Positions 49,771 to 59,547 of a DNA stretch of 64,000 nt are shown here, piece by piece. Position 1 is the first letter of the stretch. Each line of letters starts with the position of its first letter. Under the pieces are notes generated by a model that was not told where the DNA came from, did no database searches, and saw only the letters and a program-made list of their open reading frames with translations. The position numbers and the translations under genes were made by a program. The stretch is from Ranitomeya imitator (taxonomy: Eukaryota), in NCBI RefSeq assembly GCF_032444005.1, contig NC_091283.1, forward strand, positions 35,960,001 to 36,024,000. The letters run 5' to 3'.

Positions 49771-50333
49771 GATGATTGATAATAGATATACATAAAGAAC
49801 CTGACCAGCACCTCCCTAGTGTGAATATGCGCCACTGTCACCTTGCCGTGGTTGATGGCCTCACATGAATTGGCCAAATTATGTGCTAGGAACCTTCGCT
49901 TTTTTTTGTAAGTTCATCTTCCTGAGGGACCATACAGTTAGAAGTTGATATTTTGATTGATGCTATAGGTGTTGTCATTCACAGAGAGCTGCTGTGCGTT
50001 TTTAAACATAGATAATAGAGCGATAATAAGTATATACAGGAGCTTCTCACTAAATTAGAATATCATCAAAAATTAAATTTATTTCAGTTCATCAATATAA
50101 AAAGTGAAAATCATATATAGAGACATTACATACAGAGGGATCTAGTTCATGTGTTTATTTCTGTTAATGTTGATGATTATGGCTTACAGCCAATGAAAAC
50201 CCAAAAGTCATTATCTCAGTAAATTAGAATAATTAACAAAAACAGGCTTCCTAACCGTTTAGAAAGGTCACTTAGTCTGTTTCAGTAGCTCCACAATCAT
50301 GGGGAAGACTGCTGACCTGACAGATGTCCAGAA

Positions 50334-50581
50334 TAATAATAATAATCTTTATTTTTATATAGCGCTAACATATTCCGCAGCGCTTTACATTTTGCACACA
50401 TTATCACTGTCCCCGATGGGGCTCACAATCTAAATTCCCTATCAGTATGTCTTTGGAATGTGGGAGGAAACCCACGCAAACACGGAGAGAACATACAAAC
50501 TCTTAGCAGATGTTGTCCTTGGTGGGGTTTGAACCCAGGACTCCAGCGCTGCAGTGCTAACCACTGCGCCACCGTGCCGCC
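50334..50581 (-). mobile_element. tRNA-derived SINE (V-SINE-like)
   Basis: Reverse complement starts GGCGGCACGGTGGCGCAGTGGTTAGC (A box) with GGTTCAAACC (B box); L2-like 3' end with (ATT)n tail; short CAGAA duplication; splits the Tc1 ORF. Confidence 0.85.
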
Positions 50582-51576
50582 CAGAAGGCGTCACTGACAC
50601 ACTCTACAAGGAGGGGAAGTCACAAAAGGTCATTGCTAAAGAAGCCGGCTGTTCAGAGTGCTGTATCCAAGCATAATAATGGAAAGTGGAGTGGAAGGAA
50701 AAGGTGCGGTAGAAAAAGGTGCACAAGCAGCCGGGATAACCGCAGCCTGGAAAGGATTGTTAAGAAAAGGCCATTCAAAAACATGGGGGAGATTCACAAG
50801 GAGTGGACTGCTGCTGGAGTCATTGCTTCAAGAGCCACCACACACAGACGTGTCCAGGACATGGACTACAAGTGTCACATTCCTTGTGTCAGCCACTCAT
50901 GACCAATAGACAACGCCAGAAGCGTCTTACCTGGGCCAAGGAGAAAAAGAACTGGACTGTTGTCAGTGGTCCAAGGTGTTTTCAGATGAAAGTAAATTTT
51001 GCATTTCATTTGGAAATCCAGGTCCCAGAGTCTGGAGGAAGAGTGGAGGCCACAATCCAAACTGCTGGAGGTCTAGTGTGAAGTTTCCACAATCAGTGAT
51101 GGTTTGGGGAGCCATGTCATCTGCTGGTGTAGGTCCACTGTGTTTTATCAAGACCAAAGTCAGTGCAGTCGTCTACCAGGACATTGTAGAGCACTTCATG
51201 CTTCCCTCTGCCGACAAGCTTCTTGGAGATGGAAATGTCATTCTCCAGCAGGACTTGGTCCCTGTCCACACTGCTAAAAGTACCATTACCTGGTGTACAA
51301 ACAACAGTATCACTGTGCTTGATTGGCAGCAAACTCGACTGATCTTAACCCCATAGAGAATCTATGGAGTATTGTCAAGAGGAAGATGAGACACCAGACC
51401 AACAATGCAGACGAGCTGAAGGCTGCTATCAAAGCAACCTGGGCTTCCATAACCCCTCAGCAGTGCCACAGGCTGATCGCCTCCAGGCCACGCTGCATTG
51501 ATGCAGTAATTGATGGAAAAGGAGCCGTGACCAAGTATTGACTGCATTTACTGAACATACATTTCAGTAGGAGATC

Positions 51577-54500
51577 TGTTGTGAATTCTGTGGCTGAATT
51601 CACTTCTGTGGTCACAAGTGGTATTGCAGTCTCTGGGCTTCCTCTCTCAGGTGTTTTGGTGAGCTCGTTGGCTGCCTTGCTATTTAGCTCCACCTGAGTC
51701 TGTCTTCCTTGCTCCTTGTCAATGTTCCAGTGTTGGATCTGAGCTACTGCATCTTTCCTTGGGCCTGCTGCTCTGCTAGATAAGTGCTTCTAGTTTGTTT
51801 TCTGTTTTTTCTGTCCAGCTTGCTACTAACTTTTGCTGGAAGCTCTGAGAAGCAAAGGAGTGCACCGCCGTGCTGTTAGTTCGGCACGGTGGGTCTTTTT
51901 GCCCCTTTGCGTGGTTTTCGTTTTAGGGTTTTTTGTAGACTGCATAGTTCTCTTTGCTATCCTCGCTCTGTCTAGAATATCGGGCCTCACTTTGCTGAAT
52001 CTATTTCATTCCTACGTTTGTCTTTTCATCTTGCTAACAGTCATTATATGTGGGGGGCTGCCTATTCCTTTGGGGTATTTCTCTGAGGTAAGTCAGGCTT
52101 GTATTTCTATCTTCAGGCTAGTCAGCTCCTCAGGCAGTGTCGAGTTGCATAGGTAGTGATAGGCGCAATCCACTGCTGCTTATAGTTGTGTGAGGATAGA
52201 TCAGGTACTGCAGTCTACAGAGATTCCACGTCTCAGAGCTCGTCCTATTGTTTTTGGTTATTGCCAGATCTCTGTATGTGCGCTGATTACTGCACGCTGT
52301 GTTGCCTGATTGCCAGCCATAACAGTACAAGGAGCCAAAACCAATGATTCCCAATAGAGGGAAAAAAGAAATCCTGACAGCATTTTTTTTTCTTAGCTCT
52401 GTCTTCAGTCTTTTTTTTCCCCTAGACATTAGAGTGCTTCAGGACACAGCTGTGGACATGGATATTCAGGCTCTGTGCTCCTCAATGGATAATCTCGTTG
52501 TAAATGTACAAAAGATTCAAGATACTATTGATCAGAAATCGATGCTAGAACCAAGAATTCCGATTCCTGATTTGTTTTTTGGTGACAGAACTAAGTTCCT
52601 GAGCTTCAGAAATAATTGTAAGCTATTTTTGGCCTTGAAACCTCATTCTTCTGGTAATCCTATTCAACAGGTTTTGATTATTATTTCTTTTTTGCGCGAC
52701 GACCCACAGGACTGGGCGTTTTCTCTTGCACCAGGAGATTCTGCATTGAGTAATGTTGATGCATTTTTCCAGGCGCTGGGATTGCTGTACGATGAGCCTA
52801 ATTCAGTGGATCAGGCTGAGAAAAATCTGCTGGCTTTATGCCAGGGTCAGGATGATGTAGAAGTATATTGTCAGAAATTTAGGAAGTGGTCAGTACTCAC
52901 TCTGTGGAATGAATCTGCACTAGCGGCTTTGTTCAGAAAGGGTCTCTCTGAAGCTCTTAAGGATGTAATGGTGGGATTTCCTATGCCTGCTGGTTTGAAT
53001 GAGTCTATGTCCTTGGCCATTCAGATCGGTCGTCGCTTGCGCGAGCGTAAATCTGTGCACCATCTGGCGGTATCGTCTGAGAGTAAACCTGAGCCTATGC
53101 AGTGCGACAGGACTATGACTAAAGTAGAACGGCAAGAACACAGACGTCTGAACAGACTGTGTTTCTATTGTGGTGATTCTACTCATGCTATTTCTAATTG
53201 TCCTAAACGCACTAGGCGGTTCGATAGCTCTGCCGTTATTGGTACTGTACAGTCCAAATTCCTTTTGTCCATTACCTTAATGTGCTCTTTGTCATCGTAT
53301 TCTGTCATGGCGTTTGTGGATTCAGGCGCTGCCCTGAATCTGATGGATTTGGATTATGCTAAACGTTGTGGATTTCTCTTGGAGCCTTTGCGGTGTCCTA
53401 TTCCGTTGAGAGGAATTGATGCTACACCTTTGGCCAAGAATAAGCCTCAGTACTGGGCCCAGCTGACCATGTGCATTGCTCCTGCACATCAGGAAGTTAT
53501 TCGCTTTCTGGTACTGCATAATTTGCATGATGTGGTCGTGTTGGGGTTGCCATGGCTACAAACCCATAATCCAGTATTGGATTGGAACTCTATGTCAGTA
53601 ACCAGCTGTGGTTGTCAGGGAGTACATGGTGATGTTCCATTTTTGTCTATTTCGTCATCCATTCCTTCTGACATCCCAGAGTTCTTGTCGGACTTTCAGG
53701 ATGTATTTGAAGAGTCCAAGTCTGATGCCCTACCTCCGCATAGGAATTGTGATTGTGCTATCGATTTGATTCCTGGTAGTAAATTCCCTAAGGGTCGTTT
53801 ATTTAATTTGTCCGTACCTGAACACACCGCTATGCGCAGTTATGTGAAGGAGTTCCTGGAGAAGGGACATATTCGCCCATCGTCGTCACCATTGGGAGCA
53901 GGGTTCTTTTTTGTAGCCAAGAAGGATGGTTCGCTAAGACCGTGTATTGATTACCGCCTTCTTAATAAGATCACTGTTAAGTTTCAGTATCCCTTGCCAT
54001 TGATTTCTGACTTGTTTGCTCGGATTAAGGGGGCTAGTTGGTTTACTAAGATAGATCTTCGTGGTGCGTATAATCTGGTGAGAATCAGGCAGGGAGATGA
54101 ATGGAAAACGGCATTTAATACGCCCGAGGGTCATTTTGAGTATCTGGTGATGCCGTTCGGACTTGCCAATGCTCCATCTGTTTTTCAGTCTTTTATGCAT
54201 GACATTTTCCGTGAGTATCTGGATAAATTCTTGATTGTTTACTTGGATGACATTTTGATCTTCTCAGATGATTGGGAGTCTCATGTGAAGCAAGTCAGAA
54301 TGGTTTTCCAGGTACTGCGTGCTAATTCCTTGTTCGTGAAGGGATCAAAGTGTCTCTTCGGTGTGCAGAAAGTTTCATTTTTGGGGTTCATCTTTTCCCC
54401 TTCTACTATCGAGATGGATCCGGTTAAGGTTCAGGCCATCCAGGATTGGACTCAGCCGACATCTCTAAAAAGTCTGCAGAAATTCCTGGGCTTTGCTAAT

Positions 54501-57266
54501 TTTTATCGTCGCTTCATCTGTAATTTTTCTAGCATTGCCAGACCATTGACCGATTTGACCAAGAAGGGTGCTGATTTGGTTAATTGGTCTTCTGCTGCCG
54601 TGGAAGCTTTTCAGGAGTTGAAGCGTCGTTTTTGCTGTGCCCCTGTGTTGTGTCAACCTGATGTTTCTCTTCCGTTCCAGGTCGAGGTTGATGCTTCTGA
54701 GATTGGTGCAGGGGCGGTTTTGTCACAGAGAGGTTCTGGTTGCTCAGTGTTCAAACCATGTGCTTTCTTTTCCAGGAAATTTTCTGCTGCTGAGCGTAAT
54801 TATGATGTGGGCAACCGAGAGTTGCTGGCCATGAAGTGGGCATTCGAGGAGTGGCGTCATTGGCTTGAGGGTGCTAAGCATCGCGTGGTGGTTTTGACTG
54901 ATCATAAGAACCTTACTTATCTTGAGTCTGCCAAGCGCTTGAATCCTAGACAGGCCCGTTGGTCGTTATTTTTTGCTCGTTTTGATTTTGTGATTTCATA
55001 CCTTCCGGGCTCTAAAAATGTGAAGGCGGATGCTCTGTCTAGGAGTTTTGTGCCCGACTCTCCGGGGTTATCTGAGCCGGCGAGTATCCTCAAGGAAGGA
55101 GTCATTGTGTCTGCCATCTCCCCTGATTTGCGGAGAGTGTTGCAGAAATTTCAGGCTAATAAACCTGATCGTTGTCCGGCCGAGAAACTGTTCGTCCCTG
55201 ATAGGTGGACTAGTAAAGTTATCTCTGAACTTCATTGTTCGGTGCTGGCCGGTCATCCAGGAATCTTTGGTACCAGGGAGTTGGTTGCTAGATCCTTCTG
55301 GTGGCCATCTCTGTCGCGGGATGTGCGTGCTTTTGTGCAGTCCTGTGGAATTTGTGCTAGGGCTAAGCCCTGCTGTTCACGTGCCAGTGGGTTGCTTTTG
55401 CCCTTGCCGGTCCCGAAGAGGCCTTGGACACATATTTCGATGGATTTCATTTCTGACCTTCCCGTTTCTCAAAAAATGTCGGTCATTTGGGTGGTCTGTG
55501 ATCGCTTTTCTAAAATGGTCCATCTGGTGCCCTTGGTTAAATTGCCTTCCTCCTCTGATTTGGTGCCTTTGTTCTTCCAGCATGTGGTTCGTTTACATGG
55601 CATTCCTGAGAATATTGTTTCTGACAGAGGTTCCCAGTTTGTCTCGAGGTTCTGGCGAGCCTTTTGTGGTAGGATGGGCATTGACCTATCTTTCTCCTCG
55701 GCCTTCCATCCTCAGACTAATGGCCAGACCAAACGAACCAATCAGACCTTGGAAACATATCTGAGATGTTTTGTTTCCGCTGACCAGGATGATTGGGTGT
55801 CATTTTTGCCGTTGGCTGAGTTTGCCCTTAATAATCGGGCCAGCTCGGCTACCTTGGTCTCTCCATTTTTCTGCAATTCTGGGTTCCATCCTCGTTTCTC
55901 TTCAGGACAGGTTGAGTCTTCGGACTGTCCTGGTGTGGATTCTGTGGTGGACAGGTTGCAGCAGATCTGGACTCAGGTAGTGGACAATTTGACCTTGTCC
56001 CAGGAGAAGGCTCAGCTTTTCGCTAATCGCAGACGCCGTGTGGGACCCCGACTTCGTGTTGGGGATCTGGTTTGGTTATCTTCTCGTCATATTCCTATGA
56101 AGGTTTCCTCTCCTAAATTTAAACCTCGTTTTATTGGTCCGTATAGGATTTCTGAGATTCTCAATCCGGTGTCTTTTCGTCTGATCCTCCCAGACTCCTT
56201 TTCCATACATAATGTATTCCATAGGTCGTTGTTGAGGAGATACGTGGCACCTATGGTTCCATCTGTGGAGCCTCCTGCCCCTGTTTTGGTGGAGGGGGAA
56301 TTGGAGTATATTGTGGAGAAGATTTTGGATTCTCGTGTCTCTAGACGGAAACTCCAGTATCTGGTCAAATGGAAGGGTTATGCTCAGGAAGATAATTCCT
56401 GGGTTTTTGCCTGTGATGTCCATGCCCCAGATCTTGTTCGTGCCTTTCATGTGGCTCATCCTGGTCGGCCTGGGGGTTCTGGTGAGGGTTCGGTGACCCC
56501 TCCTCAAGGGGGGGGTACTGTTGTGAATTCTGTGGCTGAATTCACTTCTGTGGTCACAAGTGGTATTGCAGTCTCTGGGCTTCCTCCCTCAGGTGTTTTG
56601 GTGAGCTCGTTGGCTGCCTTGCTATTTAGCTCCACCTGAGTCTGTCTTCCTTGCTCCTTGTCAATGTTCCAGTGTTGGATCTGAGCTACTGCATCTTTCC
56701 TTGGGCCTGCTGCTCTGCTAGATAAGTGCTTCTAGTTTGTTTTCTGTTTTTTCTGTCCAGCTTGCTACTAACTTTTGCTGGAAGCTCTGAGAAGCAAAGG
56801 AGTGCACCGCCGTGCTGTTAGTTCGGCACGGTGGGTCTTTTTGCCCCTTTGCGTGGTTTTCGTTTTAGGGTTTTTTGTAGACTGCATAGTTCTCTTTGCT
56901 ATCCTCGCTCTGTCTAGAATATCGGGCCTCACTTTGCTGAATCTATTTCATTCCTACGTTTGTCTTTTCATCTTGCTAACAGTCATTATATGTGGGGGGC
57001 TGCCTATTCCTTTGGGGTATTTCTCTGAGGTAAGTCAGGCTTGTATTTCTATCTTCAGGCTAGTCAGCTCCTCAGGCAGTGTCGAGTTGCATAGGTAGTG
57101 ATAGGCGCAATCCACTGCTGCTTATAGTTGTGTGAGGATAGATCAGGTACTGCAGTCTACAGAGATTCCACGTCTCAGAGCTCGTCCTATTGTTTTTGGT
57201 TATTGCCAGATCTCTGTATGTGCGCTGATTACTGCACGCTGTGTTGCCTGATTGCCAGCCATAACA
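51577..57266 (+). mobile_element. Full-length Ty3/Gypsy chromovirus (Tf1/sushi-like) LTR retrotransposon
   Basis: 748-bp TG...CA LTRs at 51577-52324 and 56519-57266 (one mismatch noticed by eye); PPT AAGGGGGGGG at 56506-56515; flanking GAGATC duplication; single long gag-pol ORF. Confidence 0.97.
52344..56639 (+). CDS. Gypsy gag-pol polyprotein (gag, CCHC knuckle, protease, RT, RNase H, integrase, chromodomain)
   Basis: 1431-aa ORF with CFYCGDSTHAISNC, AFVDSGA, YLDD, HHCC zinc finger, DFISDLP and IVSDRG integrase motifs, and EYIVEKILDSR...YLVKWKGY chromodomain. Confidence 0.95.
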   Translation: MIPNRGKKEILTAFFFLSSVFSLFFPLDIRVLQDTAVDMDIQALCSSMDNLVVNVQKIQDTIDQKSMLEPRIPIPDLFFGDRTKFLSFRNNCKLFLALKPHSSGNPIQQVLIIISFLRDDPQDWAFSLAPGDSALSNVDAFFQALGLLYDEPNSVDQAEKNLLALCQGQDDVEVYCQKFRKWSVLTLWNESALAALFRKGLSEALKDVMVGFPMPAGLNESMSLAIQIGRRLRERKSVHHLAVSSESKPEPMQCDRTMTKVERQEHRRLNRLCFYCGDSTHAISNCPKRTRRFDSSAVIGTVQSKFLLSITLMCSLSSYSVMAFVDSGAALNLMDLDYAKRCGFLLEPLRCPIPLRGIDATPLAKNKPQYWAQLTMCIAPAHQEVIRFLVLHNLHDVVVLGLPWLQTHNPVLDWNSMSVTSCGCQGVHGDVPFLSISSSIPSDIPEFLSDFQDVFEESKSDALPPHRNCDCAIDLIPGSKFPKGRLFNLSVPEHTAMRSYVKEFLEKGHIRPSSSPLGAGFFFVAKKDGSLRPCIDYRLLNKITVKFQYPLPLISDLFARIKGASWFTKIDLRGAYNLVRIRQGDEWKTAFNTPEGHFEYLVMPFGLANAPSVFQSFMHDIFREYLDKFLIVYLDDILIFSDDWESHVKQVRMVFQVLRANSLFVKGSKCLFGVQKVSFLGFIFSPSTIEMDPVKVQAIQDWTQPTSLKSLQKFLGFANFYRRFICNFSSIARPLTDLTKKGADLVNWSSAAVEAFQELKRRFCCAPVLCQPDVSLPFQVEVDASEIGAGAVLSQRGSGCSVFKPCAFFSRKFSAAERNYDVGNRELLAMKWAFEEWRHWLEGAKHRVVVLTDHKNLTYLESAKRLNPRQARWSLFFARFDFVISYLPGSKNVKADALSRSFVPDSPGLSEPASILKEGVIVSAISPDLRRVLQKFQANKPDRCPAEKLFVPDRWTSKVISELHCSVLAGHPGIFGTRELVARSFWWPSLSRDVRAFVQSCGICARAKPCCSRASGLLLPLPVPKRPWTHISMDFISDLPVSQKMSVIWVVCDRFSKMVHLVPLVKLPSSSDLVPLFFQHVVRLHGIPENIVSDRGSQFVSRFWRAFCGRMGIDLSFSSAFHPQTNGQTKRTNQTLETYLRCFVSADQDDWVSFLPLAEFALNNRASSATLVSPFFCNSGFHPRFSSGQVESSDCPGVDSVVDRLQQIWTQVVDNLTLSQEKAQLFANRRRRVGPRLRVGDLVWLSSRHIPMKVSSPKFKPRFIGPYRISEILNPVSFRLILPDSFSIHNVFHRSLLRRYVAPMVPSVEPPAPVLVEGELEYIVEKILDSRVSRRKLQYLVKWKGYAQEDNSWVFACDVHAPDLVRAFHVAHPGRPGGSGEGSVTPPQGGGTVVNSVAEFTSVVTSGIAVSGLPPSGVLVSSLAALLFSST

Positions 57267-58703
57267 GAGATCATTCCGGATGTTAAAATCATTTTTCAAG
57301 CTGATGTTATAAAGTATTCTAGTTTACTGAGATAATGACTTTTGGGTTTTCATTAGCTGTGAGCCATAATCATCAACATTAACAGAAATAAACACATGAA
57401 ATAGATCACTGTTTGTAATGAATCTATATAATATAAGGGGTTTCACTTTTTGTATTGAAGAACTGAAATAAACTTTTTGATGATATTCTAATTTTGCGAG
57501 AAGCCCCTGTTTATAGATAGTAGATAGATAATAGATAAATGGTTTCTAGATGATGACGCTTCTGCAGTCTGTAGATCGGCGCTGGGTGCGGTCAGTCGGG
57601 GAGATTTCTAGGATATAAGTCTCATCAATGATCCGGTCAGTGAGTGTCCGCCCTCCGCCCAGCACTGCGGGGCTCAGCCGTAGTAGACACCGTCTGTACT
57701 AATCAGAAGAACATGATACATGATCAGAGCTAAATTACACTCCCTGATGTATAATGTGATCCCTCCGGGGATCGTCAGCAGATACAGCGTCACCTCCCCC
57801 AGTATAACTCTCCACCAGAGCGCACTGGGATGGGATCTGCATCATCACACCTTCCAGTCTGCAGCAGGATCCCAGGGACCACATCTGATCTAATCAGTCC
57901 CATATGTTACTAATATAACATCCTGCTGTGAACATTTCCTTGAAGGTGGACACACAGAAAAGAATCGAACATTCTGGATCACTGACCACGTAGCACCGCT
58001 CAGCGGAGGAGGTGATGCCGAGTGGATTTCTAGACCTAATGGTGTAAATGTTGAATACAACCTGAACACTATCCTGTAGGACTTGTTTGCTCTTGTGTTT
58101 GTTTTGGGTCATCTCCCCTCTCCATGCTGTAGTTGGATTACATTTTTTTATTGAATTTTTAGTTTTTCACAATTTTATTTTTTTTTCAGGTAACACGAAC
58201 AGTGAAAATTGATCCAAGATCATGACTCATCCCATCGATGCAATAAATACTGAAAAAATGTTTTATATATTTTTTTTTCTAATTTTTTCTTATTTTTTCT
58301 TTTGTGTGGTGCTCTGATTAGGTATTCATCTATACAAGTTCTGACGGGTCACTGATCCCTCACTGACCTGCCCCCTAGTTTACATAATGCAGGCGCCAGC
58401 CGATCGGATCGCTGATGGACGCTACTGCGCAGGCGCGGCCGGCCCCGTCTTATTGCAGACAATTTATTTTGTCTATAGCAAGATGGCGCCGCCGGTGCCT
58501 CTTTTTTTTCAATGTATATAATATTCATTATGTAAACTAGGGGGCGAGTTAGTGAGGGATCAGGGTCCTGTCAGGAGCCATACTGATGAATACCTAATCA
58601 GAGCACCACGTGCAGACCCCCCACAGGCCGCCCCCTGAAAATAAAGATTACACAACAACCACAAGACAGATTTCATCACCAGGTATCATTGTAATCAGTA
58701 TAA

Positions 58704-58992
58704 GGCTATGTGCACACGTAGGAAATGTGGTGCAGAATTTTCGTTTTTTGCGCGTTTTTTTTATGCGTTTTTGTGCAGATTTTACCACTGTGGATTTCTA
58801 TAATGGAGGGGTGCAGAAACGCTGCAGAACTGCACAAAAGTAGTGACATGCACTTCTTTGAAATCTGCAGCTTTTTTTTTTTCCACATTGATTTACATTG
58901 TACTGTAAATCACATTGCAGTTTTGCAGCAGAAAAAATCTGCCGCAGTTCTGCACTAAATCTGCACTAAATCTGCATCGTGTGCACATACCC
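58704..58992. mobile_element. PIF/Harbinger-type MITE (related to 41947-42288)
   Basis: TAA TSD, GG(C/G)TATGTGCACACG TIRs. Confidence 0.85.
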
Positions 58993-59184
58993 TAACGGCG
59001 CCGACCTGACACTGTGTGTAGGTTACTGTGCACAATCCTGCTGACAGGGGCACTTTAAAACAACACCTTTTGGCACTGTGATGGTGTGCTGCTTCCATTT
59101 TTACTTTATATAACAAGGACTGGTATGTACCTATGAGGCTTTCCACCCGGTTTTTACTACAAAGGTGCTGCTCTTTGTTCTCTT

Positions 59185-59547
59185 TTCTTCTCTATTATCT
59201 ATCTATCATCAATCTGTTATCTATTATCTATGTATCTATTATCTATCATCAATCTGTTATCTATCATCTACCTATCTATTATCTATGTATCTATTATCTA
59301 TCTGTATTATCTATCTCATTCCTTCTATTACCTATCTATCATCAATCTGTTATATATCATCTATCTATTATCTATGTATATGTTATCATCTATTATCTAT
59401 CTATCATCTATATAACTATTATCTATCTATTATCTATCTATTATCTATATAACTATTAACTTATTATCTATATAACTATCTATTATCTATGTATCTATTA
59501 TCTATATAACTATCTATTATCTATCTATCATCTATCTATCTATCTAT
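59185..59547. repeat. (TATC)n-type degenerate microsatellite
   Basis: TATC/TAT repeats; continues after the Chapaev-like element. Confidence 0.95.

Larger units (their letters stand above)
50037..57509 (+). mobile_element. Decayed Tc1-like transposon interrupted by a SINE and the Gypsy element
   Basis: TA|CAGGAGCTTCTCAC...GAGAAGCCCCTG long TIRs; transposase fragments from ATG 50299 (MGKTADLT) to 51541 with DD34E motifs FSDES, LQQD and NPIENLW; frameshifted. Confidence 0.9.

Noticed and set aside
48561-49877. Long ORFs of 438 aa (-) and 304/261 aa (+)
   Set aside because: Translations of the GA-rich low-complexity tract; no domain content.
51833-52156. 107-aa hydrophobic ORF, duplicated at 56775 (possible env-like gene)
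   Set aside because: Lies inside the LTR, starts at a non-ATG codon and has no recognisable motif.
58580-58620. Other CTGATGA occurrences (for example about 58584, 31072 and 19614) as hammerheads
   Set aside because: No stem II, GAAA or cleavage triplet follows.
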